From the NCBI GenBank assembly GCA_013265495.1, contig MU057999.1:558001-622000 (forward strand): DNA of 64,000 bases, given 5' to 3'. The DNA is from Vicugna vicugna. Lineage: Eukaryota. The position numbers and the translations under genes were made by a program. The notes below the pieces were generated by a model, which worked only from the letters and a program-made list of their open reading frames with translations, ran no database searches and had not been told where the DNA came from. Below, in pieces: positions 13,329-26,660 of this stretch; position 1 is the first letter of the stretch, and every line of letters starts with the position of its first letter.

Positions 13329-14507
13329 TGCATTTCTTTAATTATGACTGAGACTGAGAATTTTTTCATCTACTTATGGCCATTTTCATTTTTTTCTGTA
13401 TATTTGTCCTTTGCTCATTTTTTAAAGGATATTTGTGTTTTACTGTTTTGAAAGAACTCTTCATGCATTAAATATATTAACTCTTTGATGTTTTTTGAAA
13501 TTGTGTGGTTTTCCAGTGTACCTTAATTTTGCCCAGTAATTTTTATGGAAATACAGTTGTTCTATAAACGTTTAGAATTGCTTAATTCTATTACTTTTTT
13601 CTTTAAGATTTTTATCTTTGATGTCATTCTGTAAAGCCTTACCTAAGCCAAAATTTTTTCTAATGCTTTGTAATTTTTTTATGTATTTGATACGAAAATT
13701 CTTTTGATGTAAGGTATTTAATAGGGGGTCTAAATTTGTTTTTTTCCCAAATGGTTAACCACATAATTTATTGACTGCTACATTTTGAGAACTTTACAGA
13801 ATGATTCTAAAATTCATATGGAAGAATAAATTAATGCTACTAGGCAACATTTTTTAAAAGAAGAGGAAGGGTAATGTTTTATTCCATCAAAATTAAAATG
13901 TATTAAATTGAAAAATACAGCTGTTAAACAACATGATATTATTAGATGCAATGACAAATGATGGTTATATAAGAATCAGAAAAGATAAGTATAGGCACTA
14001 AAACATAACGTCATTTCTGTTTAGAAGGCAGGGAATCACCTGCTAGTTTCCCTCCTGTCCAAATAACAAGAGTGAAAAGGAAACATTCAGGGACATAGTA
14101 AATCAGCACTGGGTGTAAAATGGTTAGCTGGTAAGTGGATTATGGAAAAGTAGAGGTTGTATTAAATATGTTTTCCTTTAGAACTATTTAGATGAGCTAT
14201 ATATGATATTGTTCAAGTTAGTTTTAAATCCACTGTTTTCTCTCTCTATATATATATGTTTAAGTATGTATTTTACTTTTAAAAGCATCATTTTCCTTTT
14301 GAAGAAAAGATGATTCTAACTTCAATGTTAATCTGTTGTCTTGGTAGAATTATCACAGAGTCAATTGAATTGGCTCAGACCTACTGTTGAAAAGTTTATG
14401 ATGACACAGACACAACAGTGATAAGAGGATCTTACTGGGAGCTGTACTCTGAATGGGCTGGCTCTTCAAGTGGCTACTTAGTGGAAATGCTGCAGGGCTG
14501 TGGCCAG

Positions 14508-15600
14508 CATATAAACAGTCTAAGCTTACACTTAAAGGAACTAGAGAAAGGAGAACAAATATAGCTCAAAGTTAATAGAGGGAAGAAAATAATAAAAATC
14601 AGACCAGAAATAAATGAAATAGAGGCTAAGAAGACAGTAGAAAAGATCAATGAAACTAAGAACTGGTGCTATGAAAAAATAACTTGATAAACCTTTAGCC
14701 TGATTCATCAATAGAAAAAGAAAGGTGCAAATAAATAAAATCAGAAATGAAAGGGGTTACAACAGACCCCACGAAGATACAAAGGATCATAAGAGACTGC
14801 TATGAACAATTATATGCCAGCAAATTGGAAAACCTAGAAGAAATGGATAAATTCCTAGAAAATTTCAATCTTATAGGGATGAATCAGGAAGAAAATAGAA
14901 AATCTGAATAAATCAATCACTAGTAATGAAATTGGATCAGTAATCAAAAAACTTCTAACAAAAGTCTAGGACTTTCGAAAGTAAATTATGCTAAACATTT
15001 AAATAAGAGTTAATACCCATCCTTCTCAAATTGTTCCAAAAAAATTGAAGAGAAAGTGTTCCTACACTTCCTAACTCTTCTACAAGACCAGCATTACACT
15101 GATACAAAACCAAATGAAGACACAACAAACAGAAAATTACAGGCCAATATCCCTGATGAACATATATTCAAAGGTCCTCAACAAAATATTATTAAATCAA
15201 ATTCAGTAATACATTAAAAGGATCATATACCATAATCAGGTGGGATTTATTTCATAGATACAAGGATAGGTCAATATCTATAAGTCAATCAACATGATAT
15301 ACCACATTAACAAAACAAGTGAGAAAAGTCATATGATCATCTCAATAGATGCAGAAAAAGTATTTGACAACATACATTAATGATAAGAACTCACAAGAAA
15401 GTAGGTGTTGAGGGCATATACCTCAATATAATCAAGGCCATATATATGATAAACCCATAGCTAGCATAATACTCAACTGTGAAAAGCTAAAAGCTTATCC
15501 TCTAAGATCAGGAACAAGACAAGGATGCCCACCCTCACCACTTTTATTCAACATAGTATTGGAAGTCCTAGCAGCATAGCAGTCAGCCAAAGAAAAGAGG
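14508..15600 (+). mobile_element. L1 ORF2 internal fragment (sense)
   Basis: A-rich RT-region sequence: aggccaatatccctgatgaacata, agatcaggaacaagacaaggatgcccaccctcacc. Confidence 0.9.
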
Positions 15601-15615
15601 TTAAAGACGTATGAA

Positions 15616-15735
15616 GGGGCGAGGGTATAGCTCAATCGGTAGAGTGTATGCTTAGCATGCATGAGGTCCTGGGTTCTATCCCCAGCACCTCCGTTTAAAT
15701 AAATAAATAAACCTAATTACCCCCCAAACAAAATT
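15616..15735 (+). mobile_element. tRNA-derived SINE (camelid Vic-1-like)
   Basis: GGGTATAGCTCAATCGGTAGAG (A box)...GGGTTCTATCCCCAG (B box), (TAAA)n, cctaattacc, A-rich tail. Confidence 0.85.
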
Positions 15736-17424
15736 TAAAACAATAAGAATTTTAAAAAGACAAAGCTAAATAGCTTTGATAAAAAATTTTTTTAAAGTAT
15801 AAAGGAAAAAAAAAAGAAGGCTACGTTCTTGATATTTCAGTACTAAGATGTTAGTTAGTTTTTAAGTATCAAACCTTGACTCACTGGTTAAACTGTAGCT
15901 TAGTTACAGTATAACTTCAACATGAGTTTACTTTACGATCACAGACTTGAACTGAAGAGTATTAAATAGCTGTTATCGGGTTAGTAAGACAATGCTAGTG
16001 TTTGGCAGTTACGTATTGTCTTTCATCCTGTGTGTCTAATTGGGCAGTGGTGTTCTGGCTGTGTGCTGCCAAGCCCCGGGGCTGCTGTGCGGTTTGAGGT
16101 AGGGTTCAGGAGGTTTAGCAAGCCGGCCTCTGGCACCTTTCTTATCACCCTCACCCAGTGTCTTCCCTTGTTTATTCTGTATAGAATTCTGTGTAAGATT
16201 TCCCCTTCTTGGCGGGTAGTTTACATTGTATTTTAAATTTCAGAAACAGTTTTATCTTGGCAGTTATTATCTAAACCTATTTGGTGTTCTTTTTTCACAC
16301 TATTGTAGGAAATCTGGTGAAAATTTTTGTTTTGGTTCTTAACACAGGAATCTTGGATCTGTAATTTATATAAACACTTTGTCTGCCTCTTTGCCTTTCT
16401 CCTCCCACCCTCTAGCTTATGGGCATATTGAGCATCTACTTTATGTGACCACAATATAGGATTTTGGCCTGTGCTATATATAATAAAATCTTTAAATCCA
16501 CAACAGATAGACCCCAGAGACAGTTCTGCTTAAATTTCTAAAATAAAATTGTGCTTTACCTTTTAAAAATATTTGGAATAAGGGAAGTTTTACTGACACA
16601 AATGATTTACTTCTGTCTTCAGTGTAAAGATGAAGTACCTATCAAGATGCTGGATTAAAACCAGAAAGTTGGGAGCTAAAAACCAATATAGGTGGAATAT
16701 ATAGCCTAAAAATTATCTGAGTCTGTGGCTAAAGTGGTTTTATTGGTGTGGACTTTGGTAGATAAGTCATAGAAAGAAACTAATTTGAGATGCACTGTAT
16801 TTCACTATATTTAGTTAAGTCTTTTAGCTCAGAGAATGTCTTAAAAAGGATGAGGAAACAAATCCTTCCTCCCCTCCAAGCACCTTTTTCTGGAAAGAAC
16901 AAAATTATACAATTCTCTTCTCTCCACTCCTTTCCCCTGGCAATTTAAACATTTTGTGGTCAATTTGAATCATTGGAATATGTGTGTTTGTAAAGAAAAG
17001 AGTGTTAAAGCAGAATAATTAACTACATGCAGCATGTTCTGGGCTGGGGAGAGAGGAAAATTTGGCCTGGAAATTTAAGAGTTTTAATGACTTTAAAAAA
17101 AATTTTAATTTCTGTACTTTTGTAAGAAATAAAACAATGCATTATAGTTCCTATTTCCTATGTTTTAAATAGGAGATAAATCCATTTTTCCTATGTGATA
17201 ACTCATGGATATAGTTAAACTTCTACAGTAGGTAGAACAGTGTAGCTGTCTTTTCAGTAGGTTGGCAACATCTCTTCTCTTGAAAAATCCCTTACTTTCC
17301 TTTTTCTCAAGATATTTATTTTATATATATACATATACATATATTTACACACACATATATATTTAAAATGAAGGTATATATTTTGATAGAATAAAAATAT
17401 GTTTTAATTACATATATATGAAGA

Positions 17425-19745
17425 CTTTAGTTTTTAGAGCAGTTTTAGGTTTACAATAAAATTGAGAGGGGGATACAGAGATTTCTGGTATACTCCCACA
17501 CATGCATACCCTCTCCTATTATCAACATCACTCCCAGAATGGTACATTTATTACTATGGATGAACCTATGTTTACACATTATAACCACCCAAAGTCCATA
17601 GTGTACTTTAGGGTTCACTCTTGGAGCTGTACGGTTTATGAGTTTGGACAAATATGTAATGACACATCCATCATTATAATATACAGATTATTTTCACTGC
17701 CATAAATTTCCTCTGTGCCCTGCTTATTCATCTCTCCCTTGCCTCCCCTCCCCATAATCACTGATCTTTTTATTTTCTCTATAGTCTTACCTTTTCTAAA
17801 ATGTCATATAGTTGACATCATATAGTATATAGCCTTTTCAGACTGGTTTCTTTCACTTAGCAATGTGAGTTTAAGACTCCTGCATGTTTTTTCATGGCTT
17901 GATAGCTTATTCCTTTTTAGCACTGAGTAATATTCCATTGTCTGGATATACCATATTTTATTTATCCACTCACCTGTTAAATCTAGGTTGCTTCCAAGTT
18001 TTGGTAGTTATGAATATACTGCTTTAAACATCTATGTGCAGGTTTTTATGTGGACATACATTTTCAACTCCTTTGGGTAAATGCCAGGAAGCACAAGTGC
18101 TGGATTATATGGTAAGAATATGTTAAGTTTTATAAGAAAACAACAAACTGTCTTCCAGAATGTCTATAACATTTTGCATTCCCACCAGCAATGTGTAAGA
18201 GTTGCTCCACATCCTTGCCAGCATTTGTGTTACCAGTGTTCCAGATTTTGACCATTCTAATAGGTTTTTGTTTTAATTTGCATTTCCATGATGACATATG
18301 ATGTAGATCATCTTTTCTTATGTTTATTTTCCACTGTGTATCTTCTTCAGTAAGATGCCTGTTCAAATCTTTGGCCCATTTTTTACTGGTCTTGTTGATT
18401 TTCTTACTGTTGAATTTTAAGAGTTCTTGTATTTTGTGTAACAGTATCAGATGTGTCTTGCAGATATATTTTGTCCCACTCTGTGGCTTATCTTCTCATC
18501 CTCTTGACATTGTCTTTCACAGAGCAAAAGTTTTTAACTTTTAATGAATTTCAGTTTATCAGTTATTTCTTTTAGGGCTTGTGTCTTTGGTGTTGTATCT
18601 CCAAAGGTATCACTATATCCAAACTCATCTAAGTTTTCTCCTGTGTTACCTTCTAAGAGGTTTTTAGTTTTGCGTTTTACATTTAGATTTATAATCCATT
18701 TTGAGTTAATTTTTGTGAAGGAAGTAAGGCCTTTGTCTGGATTCTTTTTTTTTTTTTTTTGCATGTGGATGTCTAGTTTTTCCAGCACCATTTGTTGAAG
18801 AGATTATCATTGCTCCATTGTATTGCTTTTGCTCCTTTATCAAAGATCAGTTGACTATATTTATAAAGGTCTATTTCTGGGCTCTATATTCTGTTCTATT
18901 AATCTGTTTGTCTATTCTTTTGCCAGTGTTACACTGTCTTGATTGTTGTAGCTTTACAGTGAATCTTAAAAGTTAGGTAACATCAGTCTTTGTTCTTCTT
19001 CAATATTGTATTGGCTATTCTGAGTCTTCGCTTCTCCATATGAACTTTACAATCAATTTGTTGATATCCATAAAATAACTTGCTGATATTTTCATTGGGA
19101 TTATGTTGAATCCATAAATAATATTGGTAAGAACCAACATCTTGACAGTATTGAGCCTTCCTTTCCATGAACATGGAATAACTCTTCATTTATTTAGTTA
19201 TTGTTTGTTTTTATTCATCAGAGTTTTGTAGTTTTTCTTATATAGATTTTGTATATATTTTATTAGATTTGTACTTATTTAATTTCTTTAGGTATTAATA
19301 TAAATAGTATTGCTTTTAATTTAAATTCCACATGTTCACTGTAGGTATATAGTGATCGACTTTTATATATTAACATATATCCCACAACCTGGGTGTAATT
19401 GCATATTAACTGAAGGAGTTTTTTTTTTTTTTTTGGTTGATTCAGGTCTTCTACATAGATGATCATGTCATCTATGAACACCGACAGTTTTGTGTCTTCT
19501 TTCCTGATCTGTATTCCTTTTATTTCCTTTCTTTGCCTTAACAAGGACATCCAGTATGATATTGAAAAGGAGTGTTATGAGGGGACATCTTTGCCTTGTA
19601 CCTGACCTTAGTGGGAAAGTGTTGAGTTTCCCACCATTAAGTATAATGTTAGCTCTCTGGTTTCTGTAGATAGTCTTTATCAAGTTGAGAAAGTTCCCCT
19701 CTGTTCCCAGTTTTTATCATGAGAATTTTTTTTTTATCATGAATG
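17425..19745 (-). mobile_element. Older L1M-type element (3'UTR and ORF2 part), 5' truncated
   Basis: tttagagcagttttaggtttaca 3' end; ORF2 remnants [16 protein letters not shown] and [14 protein letters not shown]. Confidence 0.88.
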
Positions 19746-19880
19746 GGTCATTATATATTTCTAAGGAGCTAATGCTCTATGTTTTTCTGGAAGTAAAACC
19801 TACTTTCATTTTAGTCTTCCTTATTCATTGATCATTCTTATATCTTTAAACTTTTACTAATTGGTAATGTGTGTTTCTAG

Positions 19881-20114
19881 GCTCAGCTTGCCAATCGGAA
19901 ACAAAAATTAGAGTCTGTGGAGCTGTCCAGCCAGTCTGAAATTCAGCACCTGAGCAGTAAGCTGGAGCGGGCCAACGACACTATTTGTGCCAATGAGTTG
20001 GAGATAGAGCGCCTCACCATGAGGGTCAATGACTTGGTTGGAACCAATATGGCCGTCATGCAAGAGCAGCGGCAGAAAGAAGAAAGATTGAGGGAATCTG
20101 AAAAACTGTTAGAG
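19881..20114 (+). CDS. CEP63: CEP63 coding exon (234 nt, phase 0/0)
   Basis: ttctag|GCTCAG...TTAGAG|gtatgt; [45 protein letters not shown]...ESEKLLE. Confidence 0.95.
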
Positions 20115-20396
20115 GTATGTTTTTAAATCGTAATTTACTGTAACTGAGGAAATGTGTGGATGTGTGTTTTAAGATAAACTAGTTGACCTAGAACCAGATT
20201 TCAAAATCTGTGGTTTCTTCCCTGCTCTGTAACTGATAGATCCAATACTGATATTAATAACAGAATCTAATATTAATAACAGGCCTTATTAATCTTGTGC
20301 CTGTTATGTAGCTTATGGTCTGACTCCCTGGCTTCCTTTTCTTATAAAACAGAAAAATTGTAATAACATCTGACTTTTTTCTGAGTATTTTTGCAG

Positions 20397-20536
20397 GTTC
20401 TGCAAGAAGAAAAGAGAGAATTGAAGGCAGCTCTTCAGACTCAAGAAAATTTCATTCATGAGGCAAGAATACAAAAGGAGAAGCTACAAGCAAAATTAAA
20501 GGCAACTGACAGTCAACACACAGTAGAGACCATAAG
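20397..20536 (+). CDS. CEP63: CEP63 coding exon (140 nt, phase 0/2)
   Basis: ttgcag|GTTCTG...CATAAG|gtatat; [46 protein letters not shown](R). Confidence 0.93.
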
Positions 20537-21397
20537 GTATATTTAATCTTAAGTGTGATTAGTCTTAGCCACATGGTGATTTGGCATTAAGTACCATTTT
20601 TAATATTGCATATTCATAATTTTGTGCTTGATCATATTATGGGTTTTCTTACTCAGTTTTAATTGCTGAGTTAAATTTTTATAGTGTTAGAAAATATTGT
20701 GTGATTTTTTTCTGCCTCCAGTTTGGGTCCCTAACCAGAAGACTCTGATGTATAGAAAGTTAGAAACCCCTTTGTCAATCTGTACCTTTGGTAAAACTCC
20801 AAATGTGAAAGGAATTGTAGTCCACGTCTCCTGGGAGGCCTCCCTTCCTTTGTAGACTAGGTCATGATGAATAGTTGCTTATCATCAGTATTATCAGTAA
20901 GCCAGATATTGAGTTAGCCCTTTAAAAGAATCGTATAACTAACTTTACTTCTGTGTATGAATTGTTGCTATGAGGTTTGTAGTGGAAAGTAGCAGAAGGA
21001 GCTTTCCTCCTTTTGCTTCATTTACGCCTGGTGCACATTTCTGCTCTTGCCAAAACTCTCTTGTAACTTTTCGGTTTCTTTGACTCAAGGTATCAAGTGT
21101 CAACAAGGTGATTTTTGTCATTTTGTCTTTTTCCTTGAAAAACAGGCCACATCCCAGCTGAGAAAGGAGTAAACTGCTGCTGACTTGTTTGAAAAGCATT
21201 ATGTCTCTGCCTCTTTACTCTCCGAGTGGCTTTTAAAAGATTGTTTTGTTTTGTTTTTTGTTTTTGTAAGGCAAGAAACAAACTGAAGAGTTCCAAAGAG
21301 TTTGCCCCAAACAGTTGGGCAGTATGAACTGGTTCTGTGTTGGTTTTTGTTTGCAAAGATACAAGGCCCTTAACAGTCCTCCTGTGTCCTTCCATAG

Positions 21398-21535
21398 GTC
21401 ACTGGAGGAGTCTCAGGCAGAAAGGAGGTATGCCTCTCAAGGGCAGGGGGACTTGGAGAACGTGCTCTCCCGACTGGACTTCACCCACTCCAGTGAAGAG
21501 CTTCTGCAGGCAGAGGTGACTCGTCTGGAAGGCAG
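21398..21535 (+). CDS. CEP63: CEP63 coding exon (138 nt, symmetric phase 2/2, skippable in frame)
   Basis: tccatag|GTCACT...GGCAG|gtagat; [45 protein letters not shown]. Confidence 0.9.
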
Positions 21536-23214
21536 GTAGATGATTATTACATTCATTTCAAAAACGTTCAAGTTGTTAAACATGATTTTTGATCATCATA
21601 TTGATAAAGTAAGCTATATATTACTATATGTAAGTGAAAACATAAGTTTTTCTCTCTAGCATCCACAAATGACCTAACTTATTTCATTGAGATTAAAGGA
21701 GAGCTTTAATCTCAGTGAAAGGAGAACTTCCACTCTTTTGAACACCAAATCTACCAGCCTGCCTGCATCTGTCTGTGCTCTTAATCTGTTACAGTGGATG
21801 AACTGATGGATGACATATCTGTGCTTCTAATACCCCACTTATGTACTGTTCCTACAGTTTTTCCTTTGTCTTTTGCATCATCAAGTTCTTCCTCTCTGCT
21901 AAATCATTTCCACTGGTATAAAATATGTTTTAATATTCCTCTTCTTGGGGAAAAAAGTGAAAACCCTTCTTTAATTCAATATCCCTGTTAAGTTACCTCC
22001 ATATTTCTCTGGTCTCCTTCAAGACTAAATTCTTCAAGAGTTGTCTGTGTTGACTGTACTCTTTTTAATTTTCTCCTGTGTAGAAGGCCTTCAGTTAGGC
22101 TTTCCCCGCTACCCTCCGCCTTACTGGAGCTGTTCTCGGTGGCACTGGACACTCCTTTCTTTTGTCCTGAAATGCTGTTGGTATTTCCTTGATTTTAATT
22201 GAATCCTGACTTACGCTACACCTGCCCAGCTCACTTGTATCACCGTATTTGTGAGTTTTTTCGTCATACCGCTAAACTTTTTGATTAGGAAGAGTTTGAC
22301 ATTTTGTTTTAAACATAAATCAAGATTATTTATACACTAACATTTTTCCATATATAAAAGATAAAAATATGTAAACTATTAGTATTTAGATAAGCAAACA
22401 ACCAAAAATTGCCATTTTACCCTTTTACTTTCATCTTGAAGTTTATCTTTAAATAATACTTTTTTTGTTCTATCTTTAAGTAATACATCTTTAATTTCTA
22501 TTTTTGGAAATCACTAAGTTTTTTCTTTCTATATTAAATATACATGCACACACACAGGTTTTGCTTGATTTCTTTCTCATCTTGGAATAGTTAAGATATT
22601 CTTGGTCATCATTACTGAGGTATATATGCACACTTTAGACTGAATAAAATAAAGATTGGTATTCTTATTGACATTAGAACTAATATTTACATTTTTTATC
22701 ATAGGTTTTCTATTGATTGACTTCTTAGTGATCTTGTGTATGTGTTTTACTGTGCTCTCAGCAGGCTGTGAAGATTTGCCTCTTATTTCTGACTCACAGT
22801 GTGACCTGGGACACCTTAGTCTCCTTACGCCCCAATTTTCCTATCTGTGGATAGGACAAGATTATCTCTGATTTTTTTTCTCTCTCTACCTCAGTGTTTG
22901 ACATTGTAATCACATACTAAGTACAAAATAAATGAGCATTCTAGGATTTTTAGAAATAGGTAAAAGAAATTGAAATGAATGGATACAAACACCAGTGTTC
23001 AGTAATAAAACAATGGCTTTAAAAATGATTTTTCTGTATCAAAAGGCGAGTAGAGAAAGGAACCCTTTTAGACAGCTTGTTTGTGTTGCTCAATTAGAAC
23101 AAAATATTGCCTAAACAGGAACTGGAGGAATTTAAGTGATTGTTTTTGTGTTGTTGAATTGCATAGATGGTATTTTCAAATGATAGCTTATCTGGTAAAT
23201 TGTCTGTGTGGGTG

Positions 23215-24060
23215 AAGCAATCTAGGTAGTTACTCAGCATTTATTGAACAGTCTGGAACTAAATAATGCAGAGCCTGAGGGGATGGTGCACAAGGTTAGA
23301 GGGAGGCAACAAATAAAAGACATTATATTAATCATAGAATTTGTAGTTTGAGAGACATAATATACACATTAAAGACCTAAGAGCAATTTAAAGTGAAAAC
23401 TCTAGAAAATGTCTACATTCAAGCTCTGACAATTGAAAATAAATTGTATTTAAGGTGATTAGGGGATGGAGGGTCGGGGCGGCTCTATCAGGTAAATGCT
23501 GACCTAATTCGAAAGGGTGTTGACTGTACATTGCCGGGTGGGAAGGGAAGGTGCTTTGTGGTCAAGGGGATGGTATGTGAGGGGACAAGAAGTCAAGCTT
23601 AGCAAGTGGCACATGGAAGACAGTAAAGCTTAGCAATTTAGAAGCAAAAAGACTATTAGTAGATATGAGCAGTGAGGTAAGAGAGGTATGGTATCCCTGA
23701 GGTGCTTATATCTTATGAGGGATTGATTCTTAAGTAAGGGTGACAAGTTGGAAACTCTTGTTTGAAGATTGTTTTGGAGCTGTGTGTAGGATGGAACTGT
23801 AATTGAGTGTGGTGAAGATTGAGATTATGATGGCAGCTCCTGTACAACTAGAGAAAAAACATCACCCAAGTTGCTGTAATCTTTAGAATTTTGTAACCAG
23901 TTAAATTCTAAGCGGAGGGAAAGAATATAGGTAAACACAGAAATCAAACGTATCTCCAGAAGTTTGAATTGGATTTGGCTGCCTCTAGTGATAAGGAATT
24001 GGAAATGAGTTTTAATGTGGGCTAGGAGGTGATGTTTGGAATATTTCTTGGACATCAGGA
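23215..24060 (-). mobile_element. LINE-2 fragment (antisense)
   Basis: Starts cagcatttattgaaca (reverse L2 3' end), followed by a GA-rich degenerate body. Confidence 0.5.
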
Positions 24061-24140
24061 GCATAAATTAGATAACTCGATTTGTGGGTTTGGGAGCTTA
24101 TGTTTTGTTTTAAATATGTGATCTTATTTTTGTCATACAG

Positions 24141-24255
24141 CTTAGAATCTGTGAGTGCAACCTGTAAACAGCTGAGCCAAGAGCTAATGGAAAAATACGA
24201 AGAGCTGAAGAAGATGGAAGTGCATAACAACGAGTACAGGGCCGAGATCAAGAAG
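24141..24255 (+). CDS. CEP63: CEP63 coding exon (115 nt, phase 2/0)
   Basis: catacag|CTTAGA...AAGAAG|gtaaag; [38 protein letters not shown]. Confidence 0.94.
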
Positions 24256-25123
24256 GTAAAGATCGGCATGCCTGCAACTGCAAAGCCCCGTGTGATCATG
24301 GGCTGTGCTGTGGGTTGGGAGGTTATAGGAGTTACTTTTAATGAGAGAAGAATGTGGTCCAGAGGCTATTTGATGCTCGCCAGTAGAGAGTACCTGGAAG
24401 GGGCTCAGGAGATGTCTTTGTCATCCTCAGGTATGCCGTGTGAGTATTAACAAGATAACTGAAGCCTGCCCCCTTTGAACTCTGCAGCTTTAAACATGCT
24501 TTGATGAAGTGTTCTAAATGATACACACTTTCTTGCTTGCTTGAACGTATTATATGAACTGGCATTTAATATTTTCTTATTGACTGAAGATGGTGATGGA
24601 CGGGTGTTTTCTCTTCTGTCCTGTGGGTAGTTACGTCCTCACTGGCATTTGAAGTGTACAAAGTTTGTCTCTATGTGAATGGGCCCTGGCTGTCCTGTTT
24701 GTTGACTTCGATTTTTTATTACTTTTTTGAGATTACTTTTAGTCTATTTCTTCCTCTTGCCTTTCTGTTATCTTCTGTGGACCAGGAAACCATATAAGCA
24801 AAATCGTTAGATTTGCAACTGAAAAATAGAATGAAGATCATAGGTGCTGTCCTCTAAATAATGTGTGCTTGAACTTGACACTGGTTCTTAGCATTTGAGT
24901 AGCACATCGCTTCCTGTTTTTGAGATCTAATAAATAATTGCGGGCATAGCCACCTGACCTTCAGCACAGACACGCAACTTCGTAAGTTGCTAAATTTCTG
25001 CAAATTTAATCAGGGAAAAACTTATGTCTTGAGGTAAGGTAAAAATTACTTTATTATTTTAACTATTAATATATTTTTCTCTCTACATGTTTTGTTTTAT
25101 TTTTTCATGCTTTCTATTTGTAG

Positions 25124-25321
25124 TTGAAAGAACAGATTTTACAGGCTGAACAAAGTTACAGTTCTGTACTAGAAGGGATGAAGATGGAAATCTCGCAGCT
25201 AACTCGGGAGCTGCATCAGCGGGATATCACTATTGCTTCCACCAAAAGTTCTTCCTCTGACATGGAAAAGCGCCTCAAAGCAGAGATACAGAAGGCAGAA
25301 GAAAAAGACGTAGAGCATAAG
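25124..25321 (+). CDS. CEP63: CEP63 coding exon (198 nt, phase 0/0)
   Basis: ttgtag|TTGAAA...CATAAG|gtgaaa; [41 protein letters not shown]...DVEHK. Confidence 0.94.
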
Positions 25322-25403
25322 GTGAAATTTGAACAACAACTTTCTTTACTTGCAGTTGGTTTTTGAAGATTCAATTTATTAAAGGTGTATTTCCATGGTA
25401 TTT

Positions 25404-25572
25404 TTTTAAAGCATTTTTTCCTTCTTTCTTTCTTTTTTTTTTTTTTTTGGTGTGAGAAGGTAATTAGGTTTACTTATTTATTTATTTTTAGGGGAGGTAC
25501 TGGGGATTGAACCCAGGACCTTGTGTATGCTAAGCATGCACTCTACCACTTGAGCTGTACCCTACCCTCCCC
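25404..25572 (-). mobile_element. Vic-1-like SINE
   Basis: Reverse-complement A/B boxes; flanking ATGGTATTT (25395-25403) and ATAGTATTT (25573-25581) as a TSD with one mismatch. Confidence 0.88.
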
Positions 25573-25609
25573 ATAGTATTTAATTCAGTGGATTTTTGCT
25601 AGCCCTCTT

Positions 25610-26660
25610 CTTCAGGCTGAGGGTAGACTGATTAGCAGGCAGTCTAGTGCAGATGAGTGGGGAGGTGAGAGAAGATTCAGACAAGTAAAGAGACCAGAAT
25701 TCTGTGGTGTGTAGTGAGAGTGTGCCACATTCACTGTGACACACAGAGTATAGGTGGGACGAGCGGCAAGGGATGAGACTGGAAGGCAGGGACTGGCTCC
25801 TGAAGGGCCCTGCCCGCCCTGTGCAGGATGTTTAGTGTTATCCTGAGGTCTGTGGACATTGGTGTTAAGCAGGAGTAAAAGGTCTCTGGTTGTCATCTGG
25901 AGAATAAGCAAAGAGGCAAAGAGACCTCTCAGATGCTATTACAGCAGTGAGATTGTGGCCTGAGCAGTGGGCAGGAGAGGTAAGGGAAATGAATTCTGAA
26001 GATATTTGGCTGGTAAGATCAACTATGCTTTGTATATGATTGGACAGGGAGAGTGAGCTAGACAGAGTTAGGGAAAGATGTCACTCAGGATTCCAGCTTG
26101 GACAACTGAATAGAAAGTGATGCTCTTTAGTGAAATAGAGAAAAGATAGGGAGCAGGTTTGGGGAGGATAATGAATTTGTATGAAAGGTACAAAATAGGG
26201 AAGCTGGTGGAATGGACACTGGTTTGAAATAAAGGCGGGACTTTCATATGGAAATATCTAATAGTCAATTCCACAGAAGGCCTGGAGTTCAAGGTTAAAA
26301 TCAAGGTAAGACGTTTAGCTGTGGAAGTCTTTGCATGAAGTTGGCCTTTAAAACCCTGAGAGACTTAGAGGTTATAACGAGAAGGCATAGTGTACGAAGA
26401 GGAGAGACTTGCACCAAACTTAGGAAACTACTTATTTACAGTAAAAAGGTGTTAGAGTGGAGCTAAAACAAAAAGTAGCAGAAAGGAAGGAAACCAGATA
26501 GTTTCACAAAGGAAGCAGAAGTCAAGGAAGGCAGGAATCTTTTCAAGTAGGAATGTCAAGCAGAAAAGGTAAAGAGAACGGGGACTGAAAATAAGTCACT
26601 ATCTTGTGAAAGGAGTGCAGTCCACGTGGTGTTGGAGGTAGGAGCCAATAAGAGGAGGCT
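25610..26660 (-). mobile_element. LINE-2 fragment (antisense)
   Basis: GA-rich sequence with L2-like segments (ggaaatatctaatagtcaatt...ctggagttcaagg). Confidence 0.55.

Noticed and set aside
14330..14505. Possible cryptic exon after ttgtcttggtag
   Set aside because: The pyrimidine tract is weak, there is no convincing donor, and the translation does not resemble CEP63.
15616..15692. tRNA gene
   Set aside because: It has A and B boxes but is diverged, has an A-rich tail, and four similar copies with TSDs are present, so it is a SINE.
14508..15815. L1 fragment as a prematurely polyadenylated insertion ending in the A run at ~15806-15815
   Set aside because: I could not identify a TSD, and the A run may belong to the SINE tail.
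20251..20294. ATATTAATAACAG repeated twice plus an 8-bp AT hairpin
   Set aside because: Short and AT-rich, so expected from slippage or chance.
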